A stretch of 64,000 nucleotides of DNA, taken from IMG/VR virus record IMGVR_UViG_3300030102_006934, positions 310,001-374,000 of that record; one strand, given 5' to 3'. The notes below the pieces were generated by a model. That model was given only the letters and a program-made list of their open reading frames with translations. It ran no database searches and was not told where the DNA came from. This document shows, in pieces, positions 47,350 through 58,185 of the stretch. Position 1 is the first letter of the stretch; each line of letters starts with the position of its first letter. A program made the position numbers and the translations under genes.

Positions 47350-48147
47350 TTAAAAGAATGAGTGTCTAAACCTTCGTGGTTGTTCTTCTACAGATTCTTC
47401 TACTATAGTGTCAATCTCTTGAATGAGGTTCTCACCTACATTAGGTATGTAACTCATACCACCATCAGATAGTCTGTAGTATTGTTTAACCTTATTTTCA
47501 CCTCTTCTATTTTTACTAAACTCTAAGTAACGGTTTCCTATCTCATCATCAAACTTAACATATAACATACCAGTTGTATCAAATTCTATGGAAGAGTCTC
47601 CTTTGAAGGTACCAGATTTAGTTGATTGTTGAATAACTATAAAAGAACTAAAAATATTTTTTTCATTACCACCCTTTTTATGTTTAAACATCAAATCTAA
47701 AACCCACCTACTACTTTGTTTAACATTTAAATCAGTGGTCATGTTAATACGACCAGCAACAACTTCTAAACTATCTAGTAGAACAACATCCCAACCTTGA
47801 TTAAGTACATCAACCAAAACTTTTTGTGGTTCGTTACAACCAGCTAAATATAAAGTATTTAAATCTAATAAACCTGGTATCTTTTGTGAAAGTTCGTAGT
47901 TGTCAACTTCATCTTGTTCACCAGAGATATATAGAACCCTTTTAGTTGGGTTATTTGTTTGTAATTTATGAATAGTGTCAATAGACCAAGAGGTTTTCCC
48001 ACTACCAGCACCACCGACCACAACATAAACACAAGAAGGTAGTAAACCACCCCTATCAGATATAAAATCATCTAGAATGGTATTTGTTTTTATTGGTACT
48101 AAAACTTCTTGTGGAATTTCTAAATTTCTTAATTTGACTATTTTCAT
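47350..48147 (-). CDS. RadA/Sms-like RecA-family ATPase
   Basis: GGAGSGKT, LYISGEQ, VLLDS, QSTKSGTFKG, KNRRG. Confidence 0.8.
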   Translation of the reverse strand: MKIVKLRNLEIPQEVLVPIKTNTILDDFISDRGGLLPSCVYVVVGGAGSGKTSWSIDTIHKLQTNNPTKRVLYISGEQDEVDNYELSQKIPGLLDLNTLYLAGCNEPQKVLVDVLNQGWDVVLLDSLEVVAGRINMTTDLNVKQSSRWVLDLMFKHKKGGNEKNIFSSFIVIQQSTKSGTFKGDSSIEFDTTGMLYVKFDDEIGNRYLEFSKNRRGENKVKQYYRLSDGGMSYIPNVGENLIQEIDTIVEESVEEQPRRFRHSFF

Positions 48148-48246
48148 TTTTACCGTTTTAAATGTTAAACAAATATAAGAAAATTATATGGATAAAAAAA
48201 ATTATAGTTGATTTTTTTTTAATAAATATTTATCTTTAGTTTTGTT

Positions 48247-48411
48247 ATGAATTTAGAAAAATACCCAGAAATATTTAAATTACCATTAATAATAACGAAA
48301 TTAGATTTAGAGATGGAAAAAAGTTATTTAGACTATTACGATGATGAGTATTGGGATAATTATAAGAAAAGAAAAATAAAAAACAGAATCAATAAAAATA
48401 GTCATGAATAA
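48247..48411 (+). CDS. Small hypothetical protein (54 aa)
   Basis: Open frame overlapping the tdk start. Confidence 0.5.
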   Translation: MNLEKYPEIFKLPLIITKLDLEMEKSYLDYYDDEYWDNYKKRKIKNRINKNSHE

Positions 48412-49033
48412 ACTTTATTTTAGGTACGCAACAATGGGAGCAGGAAAATCATTAGACTTATTAAAGACAGCTCATAATTATGAGGAGAGAAATAAGAGAG
48501 TATTTTTACTAACATCAAGTTTAGATGATAGGTTCGGTAAAAAGAAAATAGCCTCAAGGTTAGGTATTAGTAAGAAGGCAGACACTTTTAATAAAGATAC
48601 GGACATATACGAATTAATATATCACAAGAACCAAGTCATTAACTCCCTGAATCAAAAATCAGTTAATGATAAAAAATTATCTTGTGTACTAATCGATGAA
48701 TCACAATTTTTAACAAAAGCACAAGTTTGGCAACTAACAGATGTAGTAGATTATTTAAATATAGATGTTATTTGTTATGGTTTAAGGTCCGATTATCAAG
48801 GAGAACCTTTCGAGGGTTCTACATATTTAATGACTTTATCTGATGAAATAGAGGAATTAAAGACCATATGTGAGTATGGTGATAAAACTTCAATGAATAT
48901 GAGGATGTTAGATGGTAAACCAATATTCAGAGGCAGTCAAATACACATAGCAGCCGATGACTCATACACCCCAGTTTGTAGGAAACATTTTAAAAAAGAA
49001 AGACACAAAAAAACTTTTATCGAAAATGAGTGA
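48404..49033 (+). CDS. tdk: Thymidine kinase
   Basis: YATMGAGKS, IASRLG, LIDESQFL, YGLRSDY..EPFEGS, KTIC, YTPVCRKH. Confidence 0.95.
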   Translation: MNKLYFRYATMGAGKSLDLLKTAHNYEERNKRVFLLTSSLDDRFGKKKIASRLGISKKADTFNKDTDIYELIYHKNQVINSLNQKSVNDKKLSCVLIDESQFLTKAQVWQLTDVVDYLNIDVICYGLRSDYQGEPFEGSTYLMTLSDEIEELKTICEYGDKTSMNMRMLDGKPIFRGSQIHIAADDSYTPVCRKHFKKERHKKTFIENE

Positions 49034-49190
49034 AAAGGAAATACATAACAAATGGAAAAAAATTCTTAGAGGAATTTCTATTGAAGATGCTATTAGGTGT
49101 GAAGGTTACCATGAGGATTTAGAAAATGGATTTTTATCCTATGAGGAAGTAAGAGAACTTATCTACCAAATATCATTAAAATATAGTTAA
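49026..49190 (+). CDS. Small hypothetical protein
   Basis: Internal ATG of ORF 48957. Confidence 0.55.
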   Translation: MSEKEIHNKWKKILRGISIEDAIRCEGYHEDLENGFLSYEEVRELIYQISLKYS

Positions 49191-49233
49191 AATGGTTATA
49201 GTACATTACCACATTGGCTAATATTTATTAAGT

Positions 49234-52200
49234 GTGATGTCAATTAAAAAAATTTTAAAAGAGTATAATAATTTCGATTGGATTAATGATATAAATCCTA
49301 TTTCCCCACATATAGAAAATATTGTGGGTAAAAAACTACGTCATCGAGACAATAACTTAGCACATATACCCAACCACAACGATTTAAGTAAAATAAAAGA
49401 CGGTGGTGTTCTTTTATTAAAACCCAAGATGGATTATTATTTTGTTGTGGACCGTATAGACCGTATAACAAATGAGGTTATTATTAAAATATTCCCTAAA
49501 AGAAAATCTCGCTACAAACAAGAAGAAGTAAGATATTCAATTAGTGATATGGAGAATTTAATTCGGTTGGGTATATGGGTTCTTGATGATAGTATAGAAG
49601 AATCTGATAATACCATAGTAGAAGAAGAGGAAATAGGGCTAGACAATGATGAAAATATATCACAAGAAGAAATAGATTATATTAATAAAGAGTATGGTTC
49701 TTTAAGGGATAGGGAAAATATAAAAAACACATTGAAGAACCCACCTTTTAACTTCAATCCGTCCCAAATAAGAAATGGAAGTATCAACACTTATGTTGTG
49801 AGATATATAGTTTCTAAAGAAGGAAATAAAGGTAATAAAGATGTTTTTGTAAAAGAAAAATTTGAAAATTTTTTGGATAAAGTAAATAGTGTATTGGGCA
49901 CTAATTACAAAAACTCTAGTGGATATAGGGAATTGACATCATCAGCAAAACCCAAAAAACAAGGGGCTTTGACTCAACGACAAATATTGGTACACAACTT
50001 TAATATGAGTAAGGAAGCAATTGAAAGTTGGTTACAAGTAAAACAAAATAACCAAAGAGTTGTTGGACAAAAGAACCTAAGACAGCCAAAAACACAGGAA
50101 GAGATAGATACTAACCTTACTAAACTCATAGATTATTTAGCTAAAACTAAACTTAGTGAAATTATTTTATCATTAGATGGTTTACTAGAAAAGTTTGGGT
50201 TAAGTCGTGATGATAAAAGTAAAAATGACGCAATCCCCAAAAAAGATGAGATTGTTAAACAATTAATTGATGAATTTGAACAGAACTTAAGGGTGAAGTT
50301 TTATTTAAATTACATTGGTGGTAATGTTGTAGATCAAAGGTCTAACTGGGCAACATTTGTGAGGTATTCTAAAGCAATTAAAAAAATTATAGAAAACAGT
50401 GAACTACCAAAAGACCTCGGAATAGACTTTAAAAATAGTAAGAACTATAAAAGGTTAAAGGATTTATTTGAAAAAATAAAAGAAAAAGAATACTGTTACA
50501 TTTTTAGTGAAAACTGTGAATTATCCAGTTCTGATATAGAAAAAGTTATGGACTTTTTCGGTAAAAAATATGAAAATAGTTTTTTAACTAAAGGATTTAA
50601 AAAAGATACTAATAGGGGTCTTGAGTCTAGGATTCATAATTTAGATATGGTGGGGTATAACTTTTCTGAAAAAATAAAATCAAAAGATTTTAATGCGGAC
50701 GAAATTTATAATTATATAACTAAAAACATTAAAAATTATTTAGATAATACAGAAACTATTGTTAAGTATGATTTATTGGCTAAAGGGGAAAGAAAAGACA
50801 ATAAGGGTAATATTATAATACCCAACGAAGGTAAAGTTGAGGTAAAGGATATAAACTATTTAGATAGTTACTTATCAGAATTTTTAGCATCTCCAGTCAA
50901 AAGAGCGGAATATGGGGTGAAAGATGACCCTAAATATTTAAAAAGGTATAATGAAGTGGTTGATAGGGTTTATACCTATTTAACAGAAAATTATAAAGAA
51001 ATCATTATTAGTAAAATTCAAGAAGGTTTAGAAGGTATAATAATATCTAATAATATCTATGTCCCTAATAAAAAAAATAACATTAAATTTTATTTATCCG
51101 ATATTGGTCGAAGTAACCCCAAAAAACAAAGAAGAATTACTGTTAGATACGAGATTAATGAAAGTAACTGGGAAAATTTTTATATAATAGATGATAATGG
51201 TGTGTTACAACCACTAGATGAAGACACCAAAAAAGTGTTAAGATATAAAGGTGAAAAAATTTCTGAATCTAACGACATTGATTGGATAAAAGATGCTTAT
51301 AAAACAGAATGGACTTTTGATGATATCGCACAATTATATTATGCTGGTGACGTTGAAGCTGTTAAAATTGTTAGGTTTAAAGATTTAAAACACTTAAGGG
51401 GAGCTATTGAGTGGTGTCTTGGTGAGGATGCGGAGTTAGATTTTTTCAATGAATTCAAGGTCGGTAATATACGCCAGATACTTTCTACCAATTTAGACAT
51501 TGACGGCCAAATATCACACAATAATTTTACAGTGAGTGATTTAGATTGTGGTTGGTGTCTAGATGACCCAGATTCCATTGGTTATAATTGTAATGAAAGA
51601 CCTAAAACCATGTCTCTACGGGTTGATGGTCAAATATTCGAAGACTCTTTTGCCTTCAGTGAGGATTGGGTTGAGTTAGAACCTATTATGAAATCAGATG
51701 AAATAAATGAATCTTCTGAGGGGTTAGAATGGATTAGGGATGTGGTACCTGACGACAGTGTAAGATTTGATAAAGATAAATTATATTACTTTAACCCACC
51801 ACTAAACCATGATGAGATAATAAATTTAATGAATAGAATACCCAATGAAAGTAAGTATACACAAACCAAAAAATGGTTTGATAGGGTTTTTGGGGGTAGA
51901 GCACCACAGAGGTATATGACTTATTTTAATGTAGATGGTGGTGATCGAAATGATGGTAAATTTTATGTTAGTGGTTGGTGTAGTGAAACTCGTTGGTCTC
52001 AGGTTAATGATGAGTATTATCCACACTCTGAACCAGTAAATGGTAGGGATGAATTTTTTGGACACTATAAAATTTCAGAAGAAAAGGTAAGTGAATCTAA
52101 AGACGATTTTGATTGGGCGAGGGACGTTAATCCAAATCCTTTTCACGGTACAAACATTAAATTCTATATAAACGCTACACCAACTCAAGAACAAGCTGAA

Positions 52201-53970
52201 AAGATTTGGGATTTATTAATTGATGCGGGTGTAACTGATTCGGCTAAAGTTAAAGAATACAACAGGGTGTATAAGTTGATGAGGGGTAGAGGTACATTTA
52301 TGATGATTGACCACGATGGTGACTTTATGTATAATATTGATAACTTATCTGAGTACGTTAGAAATGGAAGAATTAGTTCTGGTAATATTATTAATTTTAC
52401 AGACATTTTTTCAGATGATGAACCTGATGATTATATAAAAGAATCTAAAGATTTTGAATGGTTAGATGATGTACCACTAACTCTTAACCATATTTTTAAT
52501 GAGTTAAGTATTGGTGATGAGTTAACCCTAAAGGGCAATACTTATGGTGCTCATCTAAATATGCAACATTTTAAATACACAGAACCTTTTACAATTACGA
52601 TACAATCAATCGGACCTAGATTAGAAGATTCTGATTTTAAAATATCAGTTAGAGAAAAGGAAGCTATAGTTAACTTAGGTATAAAACATAAGGGTGAACT
52701 ACTTAAAAAGTACCCAAAATTTCATGTGTTTTCAAATAATTCGTTTTTTCCAGAGGATGGCGATTTAGAAGTTGTTTCTTGGGTTAAATCTGAAGATAAA
52801 TTAGAAGAGTCCTCACAAGATTGGGATTGGGCCGAAACTCCAGAAGTAATCATAGGGGGTAAAAACGGTTTACCAAAAGAAAGTGTTCCTTTAGGTACTA
52901 AAGTGGTGAATTATGATGGTGACATATTCACCATAGAGGATATTACTGGAGGGTATATGGATTTCCAACATGTATGGGGTAGTGACCAAAAGACAGCTTG
53001 GTTGGGTCCTAAAGATGATGAGGATAATAAAAATTGGCATAATACCTTATGGTTAAGAAAAGCAACTTCTGAAGATTTAAATGAATCTGAAAATGAGTGG
53101 GACTGGGCAAAGAATATAGTTACTGATGGTTTAGATCTTAAGTTTAGTGAAGGGATGTGTTTACTTAGGAAAGACGGTACTCGATGGTTGGTAGTGGATA
53201 CACCGAAACACGCTTCAAAATCCACAACATTAGTTTGGCTTCAACGAACTCACACAAATGGGATAGATATAACTGAAAAAAAGAGGCCAATCTCACCCTT
53301 TAGAGAATCAACTCTTTCTAGGCAAATACAAAGTGGTGATATAACAATCTGTAATAAACCTTTAAAGGAATCCGATGACTTTGATTGGGTTGATGATATT
53401 GATGCTGTAGACCCTAAAAAACCTAAGCCTGGTTATGTTTATAATTGGAGTGGTTATAGTGATATAATTGATGATGATGAGGTGCTAACCGATACCATAA
53501 TTATTACAAAAATAAAGGGTGATGACGAATGGGTTAGTGGGGGTTTTGAAATTATGTTTGTTCCAGAAGGTACTTCTCCCAATTCCGAAGATGCGGTTCA
53601 TAAACAAGTTTTTGATAAATTAGTTGATAAGGGTGAAATTCAATTTCTTCACAAATTAGATACTGATATGGTTAATGAATCTAAAGATGATTTTGATTGG
53701 GTTAGAGATACAATACCTGTTGAACTAGAAGACCCTCAATCTTGGGTCGGTAGGTCCTTTGGTTATGGTCCTGAAATAGTAGATAACATGGATGGAGCGG
53801 AACTAGCAATGGGTGATGATAAGGAATATTATACTATAGATAGTATTGATGGAAATGGTAATTTAGCTTTAACGAGGCACCACCCCAATAGAAGAAGCAT
53901 GAGTGATAGTAGTACTTCAGTTATTTCTTTAAGAGATTATATTAGTAATGGTAGATGGGTATGGGTTTAA
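49234..53970 (+). CDS. 1578-aa modular polyprotein-like protein with nine DFDW-type tags
   Basis: Tags at N-terminus and ~51259, 51703, 52087, 52435, 52801, 53077, 53362, 53671; contains a KYDL...VEVKD domain shared with 60915. Confidence 0.85.
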   Translation: MMSIKKILKEYNNFDWINDINPISPHIENIVGKKLRHRDNNLAHIPNHNDLSKIKDGGVLLLKPKMDYYFVVDRIDRITNEVIIKIFPKRKSRYKQEEVRYSISDMENLIRLGIWVLDDSIEESDNTIVEEEEIGLDNDENISQEEIDYINKEYGSLRDRENIKNTLKNPPFNFNPSQIRNGSINTYVVRYIVSKEGNKGNKDVFVKEKFENFLDKVNSVLGTNYKNSSGYRELTSSAKPKKQGALTQRQILVHNFNMSKEAIESWLQVKQNNQRVVGQKNLRQPKTQEEIDTNLTKLIDYLAKTKLSEIILSLDGLLEKFGLSRDDKSKNDAIPKKDEIVKQLIDEFEQNLRVKFYLNYIGGNVVDQRSNWATFVRYSKAIKKIIENSELPKDLGIDFKNSKNYKRLKDLFEKIKEKEYCYIFSENCELSSSDIEKVMDFFGKKYENSFLTKGFKKDTNRGLESRIHNLDMVGYNFSEKIKSKDFNADEIYNYITKNIKNYLDNTETIVKYDLLAKGERKDNKGNIIIPNEGKVEVKDINYLDSYLSEFLASPVKRAEYGVKDDPKYLKRYNEVVDRVYTYLTENYKEIIISKIQEGLEGIIISNNIYVPNKKNNIKFYLSDIGRSNPKKQRRITVRYEINESNWENFYIIDDNGVLQPLDEDTKKVLRYKGEKISESNDIDWIKDAYKTEWTFDDIAQLYYAGDVEAVKIVRFKDLKHLRGAIEWCLGEDAELDFFNEFKVGNIRQILSTNLDIDGQISHNNFTVSDLDCGWCLDDPDSIGYNCNERPKTMSLRVDGQIFEDSFAFSEDWVELEPIMKSDEINESSEGLEWIRDVVPDDSVRFDKDKLYYFNPPLNHDEIINLMNRIPNESKYTQTKKWFDRVFGGRAPQRYMTYFNVDGGDRNDGKFYVSGWCSETRWSQVNDEYYPHSEPVNGRDEFFGHYKISEEKVSESKDDFDWARDVNPNPFHGTNIKFYINATPTQEQAEKIWDLLIDAGVTDSAKVKEYNRVYKLMRGRGTFMMIDHDGDFMYNIDNLSEYVRNGRISSGNIINFTDIFSDDEPDDYIKESKDFEWLDDVPLTLNHIFNELSIGDELTLKGNTYGAHLNMQHFKYTEPFTITIQSIGPRLEDSDFKISVREKEAIVNLGIKHKGELLKKYPKFHVFSNNSFFPEDGDLEVVSWVKSEDKLEESSQDWDWAETPEVIIGGKNGLPKESVPLGTKVVNYDGDIFTIEDITGGYMDFQHVWGSDQKTAWLGPKDDEDNKNWHNTLWLRKATSEDLNESENEWDWAKNIVTDGLDLKFSEGMCLLRKDGTRWLVVDTPKHASKSTTLVWLQRTHTNGIDITEKKRPISPFRESTLSRQIQSGDITICNKPLKESDDFDWVDDIDAVDPKKPKPGYVYNWSGYSDIIDDDEVLTDTIIITKIKGDDEWVSGGFEIMFVPEGTSPNSEDAVHKQVFDKLVDKGEIQFLHKLDTDMVNESKDDFDWVRDTIPVELEDPQSWVGRSFGYGPEIVDNMDGAELAMGDDKEYYTIDSIDGNGNLALTRHHPNRRSMSDSSTSVISLRDYISNGRWVWV

Positions 53971-53976
53971 AATAAT

Positions 53977-54186
53977 ATGATGATATTAACAAAAGAAGAG
54001 AAATTATTATTAATGGAGACCACACTAGATAATCTTAAATCTGGTGGTGAAGGTATTTTAATAACAGAAGAAGAATACCAATGGATACTTAATTACTTGG
54101 TATCGGATAATGAAAGATATGAAGATTGTGTTATTTTTAGAGATAATAAAGATAACATTGTGGGTGACATAGGTAATACTTATTGA
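53977..54186 (+). CDS. Hypothetical protein (UVR-like motif)
   Basis: NERYEDCVIFRD. Confidence 0.6.
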   Translation: MMILTKEEKLLLMETTLDNLKSGGEGILITEEEYQWILNYLVSDNERYEDCVIFRDNKDNIVGDIGNTY

Positions 54187-54187
54187 T

Positions 54188-55231
54188 ATGGATTCAGAAA
54201 AAAAAGAAGGTAAAGTTTCAAACGATTTTGATTGGGTAAAAGATGTTAAAGCAAGACTACCTTTAAGAGTTGGTACTTGTTTAACTTTTAAACACTCAAA
54301 AGAGGAAGAAGAATGGGTAGAAGATGAATACGGTAACATGATTGACCACGGTAAAATGAACTGGCATATCACAAGTAAGTTTATAGATGTGTATAATGAC
54401 GATAAACCAACCTTTTCAATGGTAGCCACAGATAGAATGGGTGAAAGTCGTCAAATTTTTATGGAAGTGGAAAAGGTTAAAGAATTGTATGAGGAAGGTG
54501 TTTATGAGCCTTGTAAAAAACAGCCATACCTAAAAAGAGTAATGAAAGAAGAATCCGATGATTTTGATTGGGTTGAGGATGTTTCCAACACTTTACCCAG
54601 AAATGATAATTGGATGTTAATTAACGATGTAGACCCTGATTCTTTGGAAGTGTCTAAAGATATACAAAATTACCTATTCAGTAAGGGTTTGTTTTGGAAT
54701 ACAGGTAGAAAAACCCCATTGTATCAACGTATATTAGCGATACACTATGTCTTACCACACCGAATACATAGTGGTAGCTTTACCTACGTACCTAATAGTA
54801 TACCTCATGAAAAAGCAAGATTAGAAGTTGAGTATGATAGGGAAGAACTTCTCAAAAAAGGAAAACATGTTTACTATTGGAGTCAATTAAAACCAGAAAA
54901 AGATAATATCAAAGAATCAAAAGATTTAAAATGGATCGAAGATATTGATTTTACAGACCCTAAAAAACCCAAACGTGGTTATGTTTATGATTGGAAGGGT
55001 TATAGTGATAGTGTTGCTAATTTAGGATATCAGTTAGGTGAAATTGGGGATATTATAATTATTAAAGAACCATTTAGCAACCCAAGTCATAGGTACCCCA
55101 AGTGGAAGATGCATTACTTCGATACTTTAAATTTTGATTGGGGTGAAGAATTAGATGGTATTTCTGAAATTGAATTCAATAGAAAAATAGATGACGGTAC
55201 CATAACCTACCTATACAAGTTAGGTCAATAA
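54188..55231 (+). CDS. Three-module DFDW-tag protein
   Basis: SNDFDW, MKEESDDFDW, IKESKDLKW. Confidence 0.8.
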   Translation: MDSEKKEGKVSNDFDWVKDVKARLPLRVGTCLTFKHSKEEEEWVEDEYGNMIDHGKMNWHITSKFIDVYNDDKPTFSMVATDRMGESRQIFMEVEKVKELYEEGVYEPCKKQPYLKRVMKEESDDFDWVEDVSNTLPRNDNWMLINDVDPDSLEVSKDIQNYLFSKGLFWNTGRKTPLYQRILAIHYVLPHRIHSGSFTYVPNSIPHEKARLEVEYDREELLKKGKHVYYWSQLKPEKDNIKESKDLKWIEDIDFTDPKKPKRGYVYDWKGYSDSVANLGYQLGEIGDIIIIKEPFSNPSHRYPKWKMHYFDTLNFDWGEELDGISEIEFNRKIDDGTITYLYKLGQ

Positions 55232-55309
55232 ACATTTACCACATTATATAACAATTTTTCTTGATTATTTTAAATTTATTTTCTATCATTAACTAAACAT
55301 AGTTAAGAA

Positions 55310-55969
55310 ATGGGAAAAAATAATAATAAAGCAAACGATGCTTGGCAAGTATTAAGAATTCAAGGAGAATTTGTAAAAGGTTTCGACCAATTATCAGAGT
55401 TAGGTCCTTGTATATCCATATTTGGTTCAGCTAGAACTAAGAAAGATAACAAATATTATAATAATGCAAAAGAACTTGCTGACTTATGTACTAAAAATGG
55501 TTTTGGTGTGATAACTGGTGGTGGTCCTGGAATTATGGAAGCGGCAAATAAAGGAGCTTATAAGTCAGACAAACCAAGTGTTGGTTTATCAATACAACTA
55601 CCTTTTGAGGCCAAAGAAAACGATTATATAGATAATTTAGTGGAATGTAGGTATTTTTTTACTAGAAAAGTTTTCTTCTTAAAATACGCACAAGCATTTG
55701 TTGGATATCCGGGTGGGTTTGGGACTTTAGATGAGTTATTTGAAACCCTAACACTTATTCAATGTGGTCACATGAGAAAAGTACCAGTAGTTCTTGTCGG
55801 TGTAAGTTATTGGAGACCACTTATATATTGGTTAAGAGATACAATGTATAAGGAGGAGGGTAATATTTCTGAAAAGGACTTCGATTTATTTACAATAGTA
55901 GATACCCCACAAGAAGCTATGGAATACATTTTACAAAAACGAAAACATCAAACAGATATTAATTTTTAA
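55310..55969 (+). CDS. LOG-family nucleotide phosphoribohydrolase (TIGR00730-like)
   Basis: IFGSAR, TGGGPGIMEAANKGA, YFFTRK, PGGFGTLDE. Confidence 0.9.
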   Translation: MGKNNNKANDAWQVLRIQGEFVKGFDQLSELGPCISIFGSARTKKDNKYYNNAKELADLCTKNGFGVITGGGPGIMEAANKGAYKSDKPSVGLSIQLPFEAKENDYIDNLVECRYFFTRKVFFLKYAQAFVGYPGGFGTLDELFETLTLIQCGHMRKVPVVLVGVSYWRPLIYWLRDTMYKEEGNISEKDFDLFTIVDTPQEAMEYILQKRKHQTDINF

Positions 55970-55986
55970 ACAAAAACAAAACAAAT

Positions 55987-56439
55987 ATGAAAAAATTTAT
56001 CAAAACCCCAATAATTATACTAATTATGATTCCATTCTTAATGTTTGGACAATCGAAACAACAATTTATAGAAACTAACATAGGATTAGCCGCCATAGGA
56101 AGTTACAAAGTATCTGATATGTACTATCCAGGTTGTAGTGTTCTATATGGTCAAACAAGACATATGTCAGAGAATAGTGTCTTTGAGTGGGAAGTAGGTC
56201 TAGCTGTTCCATGTGTTGTAACGGGTAAAGCTGGAGTTGGATTTGGTACTATTAAAAATAACTTTATGATATCAATTAGACCTTGGCCTTTAACAGTTGG
56301 TCCACAACTAAGAATAGGTGGTCTTGTTGCATCATTTGAATTCGGTACAGAGAGTGAAATAAGCTTTGGTGCGGGATTAATTGGTACAGTTGGGTATAGA
56401 TTCAACCTAAAAAGTAAAAAGAAAAATAATCTTAAATAA
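55987..56439 (+). CDS. Secreted / outer-membrane beta-barrel-like protein
   Basis: Signal peptide; C-terminal TVGYRF. Confidence 0.6.
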   Translation: MKKFIKTPIIILIMIPFLMFGQSKQQFIETNIGLAAIGSYKVSDMYYPGCSVLYGQTRHMSENSVFEWEVGLAVPCVVTGKAGVGFGTIKNNFMISIRPWPLTVGPQLRIGGLVASFEFGTESEISFGAGLIGTVGYRFNLKSKKKNNLK

Positions 56440-56445
56440 AAAAAA

Positions 56446-56727
56446 ATGATTAAAAATAAGTATAAAAAGGAGAAAAAAGAACTAATAGATTCCCTAAATA
56501 AAATGGGTAGACACGTTGCGGTATTAGAAATCAAACTTGTTAGTACATCTAAGGTTGAGGATAATTTAATTTATGAGTGTACATACACGGAGAGTGGTAA
56601 AATAAATGTTGTACCAGTAATAGCAAAAGACGTTACACAAGCTCTAGCAAAATTAGAACAATTCACACAACTAGGTATACCAGAAGATGTTTTAAAATAT
56701 ATGTTAGGTAGTGAGAGGTATTCTTAG
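56446..56727 (+). CDS. Hypothetical protein
   Basis: ORF track. Confidence 0.65.
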   Translation: MIKNKYKKEKKELIDSLNKMGRHVAVLEIKLVSTSKVEDNLIYECTYTESGKINVVPVIAKDVTQALAKLEQFTQLGIPEDVLKYMLGSERYS

Positions 56728-56962
56728 TTTAGTCATACTGTTAAGTAGTTGTAGTGTTGTTGAATATTATAGTGTAGATGGTGAATCTACTTTCGTTGGA
56801 ATTACGAAAAGTGAAAACCATTTTCATGAACATTTTGTAGATAGTACAAATAACTCACACCATTGTTTTTATTATCACGACACAACAACATATAGGTGGA
56901 AAATAGTGGTTGATAATATAGTGAAAAGAAAAAAATTAGTTAGATATAAATTAAAAAAATGA
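56711..56962 (+). CDS. Small lipoprotein
   Basis: Lipobox LSSC. Confidence 0.6.
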   Translation: MRGILSLVILLSSCSVVEYYSVDGESTFVGITKSENHFHEHFVDSTNNSHHCFYYHDTTTYRWKIVVDNIVKRKKLVRYKLKK

Positions 56963-58185
56963 GGGTATTTAAATTTGTAATAATTTTATTAGTGAGTTTA
57001 ACAAGTTATTCACAAAATTTTTGTAAAACTGACGAACACAATAGGTTATTTTTTGAAAAAAATATAAACCACTATAAAGGGGTTGAGGAAAAAATAAAAA
57101 AATATATTAAGAATAATCAAAATAAAGATGGTGACGAAGATATAATAACCATACCAGTGGTCTTTCATATAATATGGCAAGAAGATAAACAAAATTTAGA
57201 TGAAGAAGTTGTAATAGACCAGTTACTATTATTAAATGAGTGTTTTAACGCTGAAAATTCAGACACATCTATTTTGACTGACACTTTAAAAGACTGGGTT
57301 GGTAACTTCGGTATTCGTTTTGAGTTGGCTCACGAAGACCCTAATGGTTTTATGACTAATGGTATAACTAGAACTAAAACAATTAATCCACATTTCTCAT
57401 CATATAATAATCTAGTTAAAAAATCAAACTATGGTAAAGAACCGTGGCCGACTGATAGGTATTTAAATATATGGGTTTGTAACTTATTAGATGACTTATA
57501 TGGTTACGCTCAATTTCCAGGTGGACCAATTGAAACTGATGGTGTTGTGGTCGATTGGCAAACTGTAGGTAATGGTATATACCCTTGGACTTACCCTAGT
57601 TTGGAAAATTTAGCTTGTGGTAAAGTCTTGGTACATGAAATTGGCCATTGGTTAAATTTATATCACCCATGGGGGAACGAACCTTTTGGTTGTGGTGACG
57701 ACTACATACCAGAAACTGGCTTACAAGATGGACCTATTTATTCAAGTGACCAATGTTTTGATACTTTGATTAGTACATGTAATTCTATAGATAGAGTTTT
57801 TGTTAAAACTTATATGGACTATTCAGGTTGTGACTGTATGGTAACATTTACTACAAACCAAGTTGTACGGGGTTTGGCCTCACTACATACCTATAGAGAA
57901 AGTATGATAAATAATTACAAACCAAAACCTAATATTAATTATCTAGAAGAAACAAGGATAAACCCAACCCTAACTAAGGGTTTATTCTACATACATCTAC
58001 CAAATTATAGTGGAATAATTGAAGTATTTATTTTTGATATTGGTGGTAAATTGATAGAATATAGGTCTTTACACGGAAAAACAATTAATATTTTCGATAT
58101 TAGTAATAATGGTAATGGTATGTATTTTATAAAATTAACCCATAACAATTTTATATCAACAAAAAAAATATTAAAATATGACTAA
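56959..58185 (+). CDS. M43 (pappalysin/ulilysin-like) zinc metalloprotease with T9SS C-terminal sorting domain
   Basis: Signal peptide; TIPVVFHII, YLNIWV, GYAQFPG, HEIGHWLNLYH, YMDYS; CTD INP...IFDIGGKLI...GMYFIKL...KKILK. Confidence 0.9.
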   Translation: MRVFKFVIILLVSLTSYSQNFCKTDEHNRLFFEKNINHYKGVEEKIKKYIKNNQNKDGDEDIITIPVVFHIIWQEDKQNLDEEVVIDQLLLLNECFNAENSDTSILTDTLKDWVGNFGIRFELAHEDPNGFMTNGITRTKTINPHFSSYNNLVKKSNYGKEPWPTDRYLNIWVCNLLDDLYGYAQFPGGPIETDGVVVDWQTVGNGIYPWTYPSLENLACGKVLVHEIGHWLNLYHPWGNEPFGCGDDYIPETGLQDGPIYSSDQCFDTLISTCNSIDRVFVKTYMDYSGCDCMVTFTTNQVVRGLASLHTYRESMINNYKPKPNINYLEETRINPTLTKGLFYIHLPNYSGIIEVFIFDIGGKLIEYRSLHGKTINIFDISNNGNGMYFIKLTHNNFISTKKILKYD

